Source of the DNA: Gammaproteobacteria bacterium
GTDB lineage: Bacteria > Pseudomonadota > Gammaproteobacteria > CAKMZV01
Direction of reading: 5' to 3'
NCBI GenBank assembly: GCA_965277775.1
Contig: OZ255843.1
Span: 583,451-647,450, forward strand
DNA: 64,000 nucleotides
A program made the position numbers and the translations under genes. Every line of letters starts with the position of its first letter. Positions within the stretch are counted from its first letter, which is position 1. The notes beneath the pieces are model-generated. The model searched no databases, was not told the origin of the DNA, and worked only from the letters and a program-made list of their open reading frames with translations. Shown piece after piece: positions 38,969-48,653 of this stretch.

Positions 38969-39924
38969 GCGAAGCACAACAGCCATCGATCGTTCATTTT
39001 CCCACGATTATTTTTACCAGCATCATGGGCATGTCTGGACTTTCTGTGGGTTACTACGAGTTGGTTGGCACTTGGGCTGGATTTGAAACCATTGCCGTCG
39101 TTATCCATTCAATCACCAGTATTTGTTTATCCATTTTGCTTGTATTCCAACTGGTTAAGACCATCAAATATCCTCGCGTCATTGTCGCTGAATTTCTAAA
39201 TCCTGCCATCGTGGGCAGTTTTTCAACCATCCCCATTTCATTCCTATTGCAAGCCCAAGCTTGGAATTACTGGCATATCACTTATTCAACCTATTTATGG
39301 TGGATAGGCGTTGCTTGCTTATTTTTGATTAACTTCATGGTTTTTTCAACGTGGTTGCATCAAAAAACAACTTTTAGCAAACTCACCCCCATATGGTTTA
39401 TTCCAATGGTTGGCAATATGATTGTCGGATTTCTGGCAAAAACATTGGGTCAAACAGAATTGGGCTGGTTTTTCTTCAGCATTGGTTTTATGATGGCGCT
39501 GATCATGCTCGTCATCATGATTGCTCGGCTTATTTTTGGCACCCCGCTGCCCAAAGCTCAGCTGCCCAGTTTATTTATTCTTATGACACCCTTTGCCGTC
39601 GCTTGCTACGCCTATCACCAATTGACCGACCTCATCGACCCCATTACCCGCATTCTGTTCTATGGCGCGGTATTTTTCTGGATTGCCTTGGCTTCTCAGT
39701 TTAAATATTTTGTGCGATTGCAATTTTCACTGACTTGGTGGGCCTATATTTTCCCCTCTGCTGCATTGGTCACTTGCGCCTACACCTTGGGTCACAAATT
39801 GGCCAACCCATGGATCCTTTATTTCGGCTACACCGTTGCCACCATCATCACCTTGCTCACCCTCTATCTTTTATACAAAACCATTGGGTGGTTTATCTCC
39901 AAGAAAATATTCATGGCCCCATGA
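38965..39924 (+). CDS. tehA: TDT family (TehA/Mae1-like) tellurite-resistance/dicarboxylate transporter.
   Basis: About 10 predicted TM helices. ATGA overlap with the ubiB stop. Confidence 0.6.
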   Translation: MSEAQQPSIVHFPTIIFTSIMGMSGLSVGYYELVGTWAGFETIAVVIHSITSICLSILLVFQLVKTIKYPRVIVAEFLNPAIVGSFSTIPISFLLQAQAWNYWHITYSTYLWWIGVACLFLINFMVFSTWLHQKTTFSKLTPIWFIPMVGNMIVGFLAKTLGQTELGWFFFSIGFMMALIMLVIMIARLIFGTPLPKAQLPSLFILMTPFAVACYAYHQLTDLIDPITRILFYGAVFFWIALASQFKYFVRLQFSLTWWAYIFPSAALVTCAYTLGHKLANPWILYFGYTVATIITLLTLYLLYKTIGWFISKKIFMAP

Positions 39925-41258
39925 AGCACGTCCACATTCTCGGCATTTGTGGCACCTTCATGGCAGGCATTGCGCAAATCGCCAAGCAACTGGGTTGGCA
40001 GGTCAGCGGTTGTGACCAAAACGTCTATCCACCCATGTCCACCCAATTAGAGGACGCTGGTATCCAAATCGTTCAAGGTTTCGATGCCTCACAAACCGAC
40101 TTGCAACCCGATTTATACTTAATCGGTAATGTGGTCAGCCGAGGCAATGAGCTCGTCGAAAAAATACTGCGCGACCGACTGCCCTACCAAAGTGCGCCGC
40201 AATGGCTGTATGAGCACGTTCTACAATATCGGCACGTCCTTGCCGTCTCGGGCACTCACGGCAAAACCTCCACTTCCGCCATGCTCAGCCACATTCTGCA
40301 CAGTTCGGGTCAATCCTGCGTTTATCTGATTGGTGGCGTGGCTCAAAATTTCCCCACATCCGCACACTTAGGTCAAGGCGATTATTTTGTTATTGAAGCC
40401 GATGAATACGATACGGCTTTTTTTGATAAGAACGCCAAATTTTTGCACTACCGCCCTCAAACCCTGATTATCAATAATATTGAATTTGACCATGCCGACA
40501 TATACCGCCATTTAGATGACATCATTCACCAATTTCACCTATTACTCAGGCAACTGCCAGACACAGCAAAAATCATTTGCCCCCCACATGACACCATCAA
40601 AAAACTGTTGGACCAAGGCTGTTGGTCACAAGTGGAATGGCTCAACAAAGATTGGCAAATTCAAGCACAAAGCCCTTTTGAAATTAGCCATCATGGCCGA
40701 GCACAAGGTCAACTTCAATGGGATTTGCTCGGGCAATTTAACCGCCAAAACGCCCTCGCAGCAATCGCGGCGGCACATCATATTGGCATTTCAGTAGAAC
40801 AAAGTTTAGCAGCGCTCGCGCAATTTAAACACGTCAAAAGAAGGCAACAACTGATTGCAAATGTTCATGGCATCCGAGTGTACGATGACTTTGCTCATCA
40901 TCCTAACGCCATCAAAGCCACACTACAAGGTTTGGGCGAATTGAAAACGCAAGGCAAGCTTATTGCAGTTTTCGACCCAGCGTCCAACACCATGGCTATG
41001 GGGATTCATAACGAACACTTAGTCGCCAGTTTTAGCCAAGCCGATCAAGTGCTGGTACATGCTTCCAAGAAATTACACTGGGATGCACACGCACAATTTA
41101 CTGCCCCCCTATTTCAAGTTTTTGACACCATCACAGCACTGGTTGAACACTTAATACAAAACTGTGCTGAGAATGACACAATCGTCGTACTCAGCAACAG
41201 CGGCGCAAACATTGCTCAAAAAACAAAGGCGATGTTAGAACAAAAATGGGGGGCGTAA
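39921..41258 (+). CDS. mpl: UDP-N-acetylmuramate:L-alanyl-gamma-D-glutamyl-meso-diaminopimelate ligase.
   Basis: MKHVHILGICGTFMAG...VSGTHGKTSTSAM motifs of Mpl/MurC. The track ORF 39735 has a spurious His-rich upstream extension. ATGA overlap with tehA at 39921. Confidence 0.85.
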   Translation: MKHVHILGICGTFMAGIAQIAKQLGWQVSGCDQNVYPPMSTQLEDAGIQIVQGFDASQTDLQPDLYLIGNVVSRGNELVEKILRDRLPYQSAPQWLYEHVLQYRHVLAVSGTHGKTSTSAMLSHILHSSGQSCVYLIGGVAQNFPTSAHLGQGDYFVIEADEYDTAFFDKNAKFLHYRPQTLIINNIEFDHADIYRHLDDIIHQFHLLLRQLPDTAKIICPPHDTIKKLLDQGCWSQVEWLNKDWQIQAQSPFEISHHGRAQGQLQWDLLGQFNRQNALAAIAAAHHIGISVEQSLAALAQFKHVKRRQQLIANVHGIRVYDDFAHHPNAIKATLQGLGELKTQGKLIAVFDPASNTMAMGIHNEHLVASFSQADQVLVHASKKLHWDAHAQFTAPLFQVFDTITALVEHLIQNCAENDTIVVLSNSGANIAQKTKAMLEQKWGA

Positions 41259-41319
41259 AAACGCAGATTGATGGCTTGATATTATTGTCAGGCCATTAAC
41301 AAATAACACGGTATGGCGT

Positions 41320-41511
41320 TCAATCGCCAGACTCTGTGGCTGTGGTTTGTTCTTGGTCTGATTCAGGCAGTTCTAAGGCGGTTTTATGCGCACAACCTGT
41401 GGATAACACGGCAAACAACAAACTCACCATAATGCCTAACAGGCCTTTTGAAACGATTGTATTGAGATGTGACATGATCTTGTTTAATGTATTTGGCTCA
41501 TTGACGGACAT
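41320..41511 (-). CDS. Small predicted lipoprotein (hypothetical).
   Basis: Signal peptide plus lipobox LSTGC, followed by a short acidic mature peptide. Located at the left edge of the second accessory island. Confidence 0.3.
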   Translation of the reverse strand: MSVNEPNTLNKIMSHLNTIVSKGLLGIMVSLLFAVLSTGCAHKTALELPESDQEQTTATESGD

Positions 41512-41796
41512 CCGTTGAAACCGTATTAAAACGGCGACTTCATTGTAGCAAACCAGCCAGAATTTAACCCAATTTCCTTTTCGCCCTGTTTACGAAGGAA
41601 GTGCTAAACGTAGCAACACGGAGCGGTCTTCAACCCATTTCTAATTTAATATAAACGTTCTGTGCAAATGAGGAAAGAATTCTCAGATAATATTTCACTT
41701 AGAAAAAATAGGGTATTTAAGCACTCTAATAAAATAGATAAAATATAATCAGAATGCTTAGAGTTCACCCTTTTTAATCGACTTGACAGTAGCAAC

Positions 41797-42165
41797 ATGG
41801 AAGATGTCTATCACAATCCAAAAAATTATGACCAAAGCAACTTAGACCGTTTTGCAGACAATGTGAAACTGGATCGTTCCCCTGATGATTTGTTGGCTCA
41901 AGTCATGTTGGATTGGGGCTTACCCCTATCGCTTAAAATTGAACAAGCGACCATCTGTGGCAAAAACGTATTCAAAGTGGCAGAAAACTCGCTTTACGCT
42001 TGTTTTGATGTGGGCATAGACGAAGACTTTGCCAAAGCCATCGCAAAAGAAGCCCCTTTAAGGTTTGTGTTTAAAGACAGTTGTTTTAAGAGTGATACAG
42101 CCAAAATCAATGTACAGCAATTGTTCAAACAATTGAGCCCCACAACTGAAATGAAAGTCATTTAA
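41797..42165 (+). CDS. Small (122 aa) protein of unknown function. First gene of the Res-like cassette.
   Basis: Preceded by an AT-rich promoter-like region. Its stop is 1 nt before the next gene start. The frame opens only at 41749, so it is not an obvious in-frame remnant of a longer gene. Confidence 0.4.
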   Translation: MEDVYHNPKNYDQSNLDRFADNVKLDRSPDDLLAQVMLDWGLPLSLKIEQATICGKNVFKVAENSLYACFDVGIDEDFAKAIAKEAPLRFVFKDSCFKSDTAKINVQQLFKQLSPTTEMKVI

Positions 42166-42166
42166 A

Positions 42167-44149
42167 GTGAAAGAGTATTCCGCTGAACAACTATTTGACT
42201 TGCTCAACCAGCAAGATGAATGTAGTTGGATAGAGGCCAAAAAAGCGCATGATAAAGCCAGTTCAGCCATGGAAACCGTGTGCTCATTTTCCAATGAACC
42301 CTTTCTTGGTGGTGGATATATTTTGCTTGGTGTCGCAGAAACCAATGCCTCTTCACCACCAAGGTATAAAACAATTCATATTGATGATCCAGATACAGTC
42401 CAAAAAGACTTTGCTTCCCAGTGTAGCACCATGTTCAATATCCCTATAAGACCCATAATATCAGTTGAGAAAGTACATGGAGATACAGTCATCAAAGTAG
42501 CCGTTGAAGAATTAGAGCCGCAACAAAAACCACTTTATTTCAAAAATAGAGGGCTATCCAAAGGTGCCTATCGTAGAGTTGGTTCCACGGACCAAAGATG
42601 CACTGAGGATGATTTGAGAATATTCTATAAAGACGATACAAGTTACGATCAAACTTCTATTCAAGGAGTCACATTGGATGATGTGGATAAAGATGCTCTG
42701 AAAATGTACAGGACTCTAAGAGGGAAAGTAAATCCTACGGCAGTAGAATTAAATTATGCTGATGATGAGCTATTGGGAGCGCTCGGATGCGTTAATAAAA
42801 AAAATGAAAATGAACTCAACTTAGCAGGCTTAATACTCTTTGGAACATCGAAAGTTTTGCGATCAAGCATGCCTATGGCTCGAGCAGACTATATTCGAGT
42901 GCCAGGCAATGAGTGGATTGAAAATCCCGATGATCGCTTCACTACCATAGACATGCGGGGCCCTCTTCTAACGCTTATCTTTAGGCTTATAGAGGCTGCA
43001 AATTCAGATTTGCCTCAAGGTTTTCTATTACCTGAAGGAAAAATTCAGGCAACTTCTGTAGGCTTGCCTACTAAGGTCCTTCGTGAAGCCATCGTTAATG
43101 CCGTCATGCACAGATCTTATCGAGTGCATAGACCTATTCAAGTGATTCGATACGATAATCGAATTGAGATCATCAATCCAGGCTACTCTCTAAAATCCGA
43201 AGACTTGTTAGGCGAACCAGGAAGCGAAATTAGAAACCCTTTCATTGCAGAAGTTTTTCATGAAACTAATTTAGCAGAGACAAAAGGTTCTGGTATCAGA
43301 GCCATGAGAAAATTAATGACTCAATCTCATCTTGCACCACCTACTTTTGATTCAGATAGGGACGGCAACCAATTTGTCTCTCGCCTACTACTGCATCATT
43401 TCTTGGATGAAGAAGACGTAAAATGGTTAAGCCAATATGAAGGCTTTAAATTGGGTGATGGGCAGAAGCAGGCTTTGATTTTTGCACGTGAGACTGGAGC
43501 GATTGATAATAGAACTTATCGTCAGATGAACGATTGTGACACTCTGAAAGCCAGTACAGAATTAAGGGTTCTAAAATCAACCAATCTGTTGACTCAAAAG
43601 GAAAAAGGGAAGGCCGCTTATTATGTCCCTGGTCCAAAATTGAATATGTCAATTCAAGAAATAAGTACACCACCTCAAGAAATAAGTACACCACCTCAGG
43701 AAATAAGTACACCACCTCAGGAAATAAGCACACCACCTCAGGAAATAAGTACACCACCTCAAGAAATAAGTAAACCATCTCAAGAAATAAGTACACAACC
43801 TCAGGAAATAAGTACACAACCTCAGGAAATAAGTACACAACCTCAGGAAATAAGTACACAACCTCAGGAAATAAGTACACTACCTCAGATTAGCGGAGCA
43901 CTTAAAATTAGAATAAATGCTTTAAAAGAAAGGGAGCATAATCCGAAGAAAATTGAGGCGATTATTCTTGAAATATGTGCAGCTGGCTTTGTGCAAGCAA
44001 CCCATGTTGCTGAAATTCTAAAGAGGGGGGAGGATTATGTAAAACGTAAATATTTAGGTCCGATGATTAAGGACAAAAGATTGGTTTATAGGCATCCTGA
44101 TATGCTCAATCACCCGAATCAAGCCTACAAATCTAATAAAAATTCATAA
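42167..44149 (+). CDS. AlbA_2 (Schlafen-like 'divergent AAA') + HATPase_c_4 protein with two C-terminal winged-helix modules separated by a heptapeptide-repeat linker.
   Basis: N-terminal E..IEAKK...FSNEPFLGGGYILLGV...YRRVGSTD signature of AlbA_2. Central REAIVNAVMHRSY...RIEIINPG (HATPase_c_4). Then wHTH-like segments. (QEISTPP)x11 repeat at aa ~497-573. Confidence 0.6.
   Translation: MKEYSAEQLFDLLNQQDECSWIEAKKAHDKASSAMETVCSFSNEPFLGGGYILLGVAETNASSPPRYKTIHIDDPDTVQKDFASQCSTMFNIPIRPIISVEKVHGDTVIKVAVEELEPQQKPLYFKNRGLSKGAYRRVGSTDQRCTEDDLRIFYKDDTSYDQTSIQGVTLDDVDKDALKMYRTLRGKVNPTAVELNYADDELLGALGCVNKKNENELNLAGLILFGTSKVLRSSMPMARADYIRVPGNEWIENPDDRFTTIDMRGPLLTLIFRLIEAANSDLPQGFLLPEGKIQATSVGLPTKVLREAIVNAVMHRSYRVHRPIQVIRYDNRIEIINPGYSLKSEDLLGEPGSEIRNPFIAEVFHETNLAETKGSGIRAMRKLMTQSHLAPPTFDSDRDGNQFVSRLLLHHFLDEEDVKWLSQYEGFKLGDGQKQALIFARETGAIDNRTYRQMNDCDTLKASTELRVLKSTNLLTQKEKGKAAYYVPGPKLNMSIQEISTPPQEISTPPQEISTPPQEISTPPQEISTPPQEISKPSQEISTQPQEISTQPQEISTQPQEISTQPQEISTLPQISGALKIRINALKEREHNPKKIEAIILEICAAGFVQATHVAEILKRGEDYVKRKYLGPMIKDKRLVYRHPDMLNHPNQAYKSNKNS
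43655..43885 (+). repeat. Eleven head-to-tail copies of a 21-nt unit (CAAGAAATAAGTACACCACCT and variants) inside the AlbA_2 gene. They encode QEIS(T/K)(P/Q/L)(P/S).
   Basis: Exact tandem periodicity read directly. The first 5 units are nearly identical (one silent change in unit 4). Units 7-10 share a CCA to CAA change. The antisense ORF 43446..43880 (YLFPEVV repeats) is an artefact. Confidence 0.9.
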
Positions 44150-44151
44150 AA

Positions 44152-47100
44152 ATGAAACTACAGTTTAAAGAACAAGATTTCCAAATAGAAGCGGTCAAAG
44201 CAGTGGTTGATTGTTTTGAGAGGCAGCCGCTCAAAACCAATAGCTTCACCTTAGAACGCAGCAAAGCACTCATCCAAAAAGCCAAACAAACAGACATGAA
44301 CCCAGGAATTTTGGATTTTGCATTAGAGGAATATATTGGCTATCGTAACTCTGCCATTCAAATAACAGAAGACCAAATGCTTGGCAACATTAAAAAAGTT
44401 CAAAATAGGAATAACCTGCATGAAAGCCAGCAATTAGAACGTCCCAACGGCGTAAAATCAGGCTACAACCTAACCATCGAAATGGAAACAGGTACAGGTA
44501 AAACCTATGTCTATATCCGCACCATGTATGAGTTGCATAAAAAGTATGGTTGGAGCAAATTTATTGTTGTAGTACCCAGCATTGCCATCCGCGAAGGGGT
44601 GTACAAATCCTTTCAAGTGACCCAAGATCATTTTCAAGAATGCTACAAGCACAAAATCAAACCATTTATTTATCATTCAGGTTGCCCGCAAGATATTGAG
44701 AATTTTGCCTCAGATAACCGAATCAGCGTGATGATCATCAATACACAGGCGTTCAATGCACGGAGCAAAGATGCACGACGGATCCATCAAGAATTAGATC
44801 AATTCGGCACTCGAAAACCCATAGATATTATTGCTCAAACCCAGCCCATCCTGATCATTGATGAACCACAATCGGTTGATGGTAAAAAGACTTTAGAGAG
44901 CATGCAGGATTTTAAACCGCTGTTCACACTGCGCTATTCAGCCACGCACAGAGAGGACTATAACAAGATTTATCGTTTAGATGCCTTGGATGCCTACAAA
45001 AAACAATTGGTTAAGAAGGTACAGGTAAAGGGCATCAATCTTATAAATTCAACTGGCACAACAGGTTATATTTACTTAGAAAACATTAACCTAAGCACCA
45101 CAAAACCACCCCTTGCTTGGATAGAACATGAAAAAAGAAGCAAAAGTGGCGACATTTCTACAAAGCGAGTGAAAATTGCTGAAGGCTACAACATTTATGA
45201 GCAGTCAGGCAAAATGCCCGCCTATAAAAACCAAACGGTCACAGAAATAGATGGCTATCTTAATAAAATAACCGTAGGTGGTCAAGATATCTACCCCGGA
45301 AATATTCTCAATAACCACTATGATCATACTTTTCGCACCGTCCAAATTCGGGAATGCATCCAATCGCATCTACAAAAGGAAAAGCAACTCTTTGGTCGGG
45401 GCATTAAAGTGCTTTCTCTGTTCTTTATTGATGCGGTAGAGAAATACAGAATTTATGATGAATTCGGTGCGCAACAATTGGGCGAATACGCCCAGATATT
45501 TGAAGAGGAATATAAAGAAATAAGAGCCAAACTAAGGGACACTAAATTGAAAGGTTTTGATGAGTACTTAATGCGTGATGCCCCATCAGAGGTACATCAG
45601 GGTTACTTTTCCATAGACAAGAAAGGCAAGACGATTGATCCTATAGTAAAGCGTGGTAAAGAAGAATCCGACGATGTTTCAGCCTACGATCTAATTATGA
45701 AGGATAAAGAAAGGTTGCTTAGTTTTGATGAACCGACCCGTTTTATCTTTTCACATTCTGCCTTAAGGGAAGGCTGGGACAACCCCAATGTTTTTCAAAT
45801 TTGTGCCCTCAAACACGCAGGAAGTGGCAGTGCTACAAGACGCAGGCAAGAAGTCGGGCGAGGCATGCGCTTGAGCGTTGATAAATTCGGTGTACGACAA
45901 GGCTTTGAGTTGGTCGGTGAACAAGTACATGAATTGAATAAACTCACAGTCATTGCTTCCGAGAGTTACGAGGCTTTTGCCAAAGGACTGCAGAAGGAAA
46001 TTGCCGACACACTCAAAGACCGTCCGCAGAAAGCGGAAATAGACTTCTTTACCGGCAAGGTAGTAACCGACGCGCATGGCATTAAATATAGACTAACCGA
46101 AGAAGAGTCTAAGAAACTCAATAAATTTCTATACAAAGACGATGTAATTGATGAAGACGACAAGATTACGCCTGAAGGCAAAGAATTGATTGAAAGGCAA
46201 CAAATACCGCTTCCTGAAAGTTTAGAATCTTACCGTGAATCTATATGTGCGTTATTGCAGACCATTTACACAGAGACAGACTTAAGCCCTGAGGATGAGC
46301 GTCAATCAGTCACATTTAACACTAATCGTAATTTTGAGAGGAAAGAATTTCAGGCGCTATGGAATAAAATCAATCTAAAGACCATTTATGAAGTGCAATT
46401 CGATACTGACAAGCTGGTTCAAGAAGGGAAAAACAAGATTGATGAACAACTCAACATTGGTCGTTCAGAATACGAGCATGAGGATGCGTACCAAGTAAGA
46501 TCAGCTAATATTGAACGCAGTTCGGTCGATCAGATGAAAAACGCCGACTTGCCGCCTGTATCAGAAAGCAAAACGGTATCCGTTGAAAATAAAAAACACT
46601 CCCTCGCTGTTTACGATGTGATGGGTGAGATTGAAGCTCAAACACATCTAACTCGAAGGACGATTGTAGAAATTCTCAAGCAGATAAAACCTGAAAAATT
46701 TTTACTCTTACATAAGAATCCAGAAGCGTTCATTGCCAAATGTAGCAGACTGATCAATGAGGCAAAATCCAGTTTAATCATCAATAACATCAAGTACCAT
46801 AAAACCGAAGAAAAGTATGATGCCACGACGGTTTTTACTAATGATAAATCCGCTTTACGTCAGTCAGAAAACTTCAAAAAGCACATTTATGATTGCTTAA
46901 CTTCTGACTCAAAAGTTGAATCGGATTTTGCCGCCAACTTAGAATGTAGCACCGAAGTGGTCGTTTATGCAAAACTTCCCAAAAGTTTTTATGTTGCTAC
47001 GCCTATCGCCAACTATAGCCCCGACTGGGCCATCGTATTTGATAAAGAACAAGTACGTTATATTTATTTCGTAGCAGAAACCAAAGGCTCTGATAAAGAG

Positions 47101-47247
47101 GAGGATTTAAGAGCGATTGAAAAACTAAAAATTCACTGTGCTGAGAAACATTTTGAAGAAATAAGCGGCGGGAAGGTCATATTTAAAATGATCGCCAGTT
47201 ACAGCACTTTAAGTGATGTTCTTTGTTGGAAAAGCAAACATTCATAG
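44152..47247 (+). CDS. Type III restriction enzyme Res-subunit-like protein. It has an N-terminal SF2 helicase (ResIII) and a C-terminal PD-(D/E)xK endonuclease. No cognate Mod methyltransferase is present.
   Basis: 1031 aa. Walker A METGTGKTYV (~aa 113). DExx box ILIIDEPQS (~aa 235). C-terminal nuclease motif YSPDWAIVFD...IYFVAETKG (D ... ExK). It starts 3 nt after the AlbA_2 gene. Confidence 0.7.
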   Translation: MKLQFKEQDFQIEAVKAVVDCFERQPLKTNSFTLERSKALIQKAKQTDMNPGILDFALEEYIGYRNSAIQITEDQMLGNIKKVQNRNNLHESQQLERPNGVKSGYNLTIEMETGTGKTYVYIRTMYELHKKYGWSKFIVVVPSIAIREGVYKSFQVTQDHFQECYKHKIKPFIYHSGCPQDIENFASDNRISVMIINTQAFNARSKDARRIHQELDQFGTRKPIDIIAQTQPILIIDEPQSVDGKKTLESMQDFKPLFTLRYSATHREDYNKIYRLDALDAYKKQLVKKVQVKGINLINSTGTTGYIYLENINLSTTKPPLAWIEHEKRSKSGDISTKRVKIAEGYNIYEQSGKMPAYKNQTVTEIDGYLNKITVGGQDIYPGNILNNHYDHTFRTVQIRECIQSHLQKEKQLFGRGIKVLSLFFIDAVEKYRIYDEFGAQQLGEYAQIFEEEYKEIRAKLRDTKLKGFDEYLMRDAPSEVHQGYFSIDKKGKTIDPIVKRGKEESDDVSAYDLIMKDKERLLSFDEPTRFIFSHSALREGWDNPNVFQICALKHAGSGSATRRRQEVGRGMRLSVDKFGVRQGFELVGEQVHELNKLTVIASESYEAFAKGLQKEIADTLKDRPQKAEIDFFTGKVVTDAHGIKYRLTEEESKKLNKFLYKDDVIDEDDKITPEGKELIERQQIPLPESLESYRESICALLQTIYTETDLSPEDERQSVTFNTNRNFERKEFQALWNKINLKTIYEVQFDTDKLVQEGKNKIDEQLNIGRSEYEHEDAYQVRSANIERSSVDQMKNADLPPVSESKTVSVENKKHSLAVYDVMGEIEAQTHLTRRTIVEILKQIKPEKFLLLHKNPEAFIAKCSRLINEAKSSLIINNIKYHKTEEKYDATTVFTNDKSALRQSENFKKHIYDCLTSDSKVESDFAANLECSTEVVVYAKLPKSFYVATPIANYSPDWAIVFDKEQVRYIYFVAETKGSDKEEDLRAIEKLKIHCAEKHFEEISGGKVIFKMIASYSTLSDVLCWKSKHS

Positions 47248-47306
47248 TGCTTTAGTTAAACCTCGCAAGCGGTGGGGGGATAAATTGCCAGTACAACCAG
47301 ACACCG

Positions 47307-47335
47307 CCCGAATTTTTCTAACGAAAAGACCCATC
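47307..47335 (+). repeat. Copy C of the junction motif: CCCG-AATTTTTCTAAC-GAAAAG-ACCC.
   Basis: Same core as copies A and B. It lies 60 nt downstream of the Res-like gene at the right edge of island 2. A GAAGGAGG element follows, as it does after copy B. Confidence 0.45.
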
Positions 47336-47547
47336 TCACTCACCTCGTGAAGGAGGAAACCAGAAATAGACTCCTGCGCTTCACGTCATTCAGCACCTTG
47401 CTCGAAACGAGGGAGCGATTTAGTATTGTTCACATTAAAAATTGTTTAAATACAATACCGCTTGACTTATTCGCGCAGTTCGATAAGGGTTGTGGCACAA
47501 TAACCGCCTGATTATTAACCGTTGATTTCGCTGTTTTCATCTAAGCA

Positions 47548-48630
47548 ATGCTACTCTATCTTGTCCAAATATTCAGCCAGTATCAAAGTGATTTATTGAT
47601 CTTTAAATACGTCACATTGCGCGCAATTTTAGCGGCGCTTACTTCGCTTGGTGTTTCTTGGTTATTGGGTTCAAAGACCATTAAACTGTTGCAACAGTTA
47701 AAACTCAAACAATCCATCCGCAGCGATGGCCCCAGCTCCCATTTTGAGAAAAGCGGCACCCCGACCATGGGGGGCATTCTGATCTTATTTTCCATTATTG
47801 TTTCGAGCTTGCTTTGGTGTGATTTGAGCAACCCAAATATTTGGTTGGTTTTGTTTGTGGTCACTGGATTTGCTTTGATTGGATTGGTCGATGATTGGTT
47901 AAAGATCAAAAACAATTCATCCCAAGGGTTGCGTGTTAAAAGCAAATATTTTCTGTTATCGGCGGTGGCAATCGTTGCGATTCTGTGGTTGTACACTCAG
48001 CAATCGGCCTATCAACCTTGGGTGTTATTGATTCCATATACCAAGGATTTTATTATAAACATTGGCTGGGGCGCCATCATATTGGGTTATTTTGTGCTGG
48101 TGGGTTCGGCCAATGCAGTGAATTTAACCGATGGCTTAGATGGCTTGGCCATTCTCCCTACTGTACTTATTGCCAGCGCGTTGTGCGTATTTGCTTACGT
48201 CAGTGGTCATTTTTATTTCTCAGAGTATTTGTCTATTCCCTATATTGCAGGGAATGCAGAAATGGCCATATTTTGTTGCGCCATGATTGGCGCGGGGCTG
48301 GGCTTTCTTTGGTTCAACAGCTATCCCGCTCAAGTATTCATGGGTGATGTGGGTTCTCTGTCATTGGGCGGGGCATTGGGCATTATTGCCATATTGGTCA
48401 AACAAGAACTGATTTTCTTAATCATGAGTGGCGTTTTTGTGGCCGAGACTTTGTCGGTTATTTTACAAGTTGGGTCCTATAAATTAAGGGGGAAGCGCAT
48501 TTTCCGCATGGCGCCCTTACACCATCATTTTGAACTCAAAGGTTGGGCAGAACCAAAGATCATCGTTCGCTTTTGGATCATTACATTGTTACTGGTTTTA
48601 ATCGGTTTAGCCAGCCTTAAAATCCGTTAA
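47548..48630 (+). CDS. mraY: Phospho-N-acetylmuramoyl-pentapeptide transferase.
   Basis: 360 aa. Collinear with E. coli MraY (FKYVTLRAIL..., DGPSSHFEKSGTPTMGGI). 10 TM segments. Confidence 0.9.
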   Translation: MLLYLVQIFSQYQSDLLIFKYVTLRAILAALTSLGVSWLLGSKTIKLLQQLKLKQSIRSDGPSSHFEKSGTPTMGGILILFSIIVSSLLWCDLSNPNIWLVLFVVTGFALIGLVDDWLKIKNNSSQGLRVKSKYFLLSAVAIVAILWLYTQQSAYQPWVLLIPYTKDFIINIGWGAIILGYFVLVGSANAVNLTDGLDGLAILPTVLIASALCVFAYVSGHFYFSEYLSIPYIAGNAEMAIFCCAMIGAGLGFLWFNSYPAQVFMGDVGSLSLGGALGIIAILVKQELIFLIMSGVFVAETLSVILQVGSYKLRGKRIFRMAPLHHHFELKGWAEPKIIVRFWIITLLLVLIGLASLKIR

Positions 48631-48653
48631 CTGTCTGATTCAATCGTATAGGG

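Noticed and set aside
41520-41796. Possible degenerate left-end copy of the junction motif (ACGAAGGAAGTGCTAAACG at about 41590)
   Set aside because: It shares only the GAAGGA segment with copies B and C and lacks the TTTTCTAAC core. The similarity is too weak to call.
43446-43880. 144-aa minus-strand ORF encoding YLFPEVV repeats, and the nested 70-aa ORF at 43649..43861
   Set aside because: These are antisense reading frames created by the 21-nt tandem repeat inside the AlbA_2-family gene. No independent start or RBS context is present. Artefacts of the repeat.
43655-43885. Possible CRISPR array because of a regular 21-nt repeat
   Set aside because: Units are directly abutting with no spacers, lie in-frame within a coding sequence, and there are no cas genes. 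This is a coding tandem repeat, not CRISPR.
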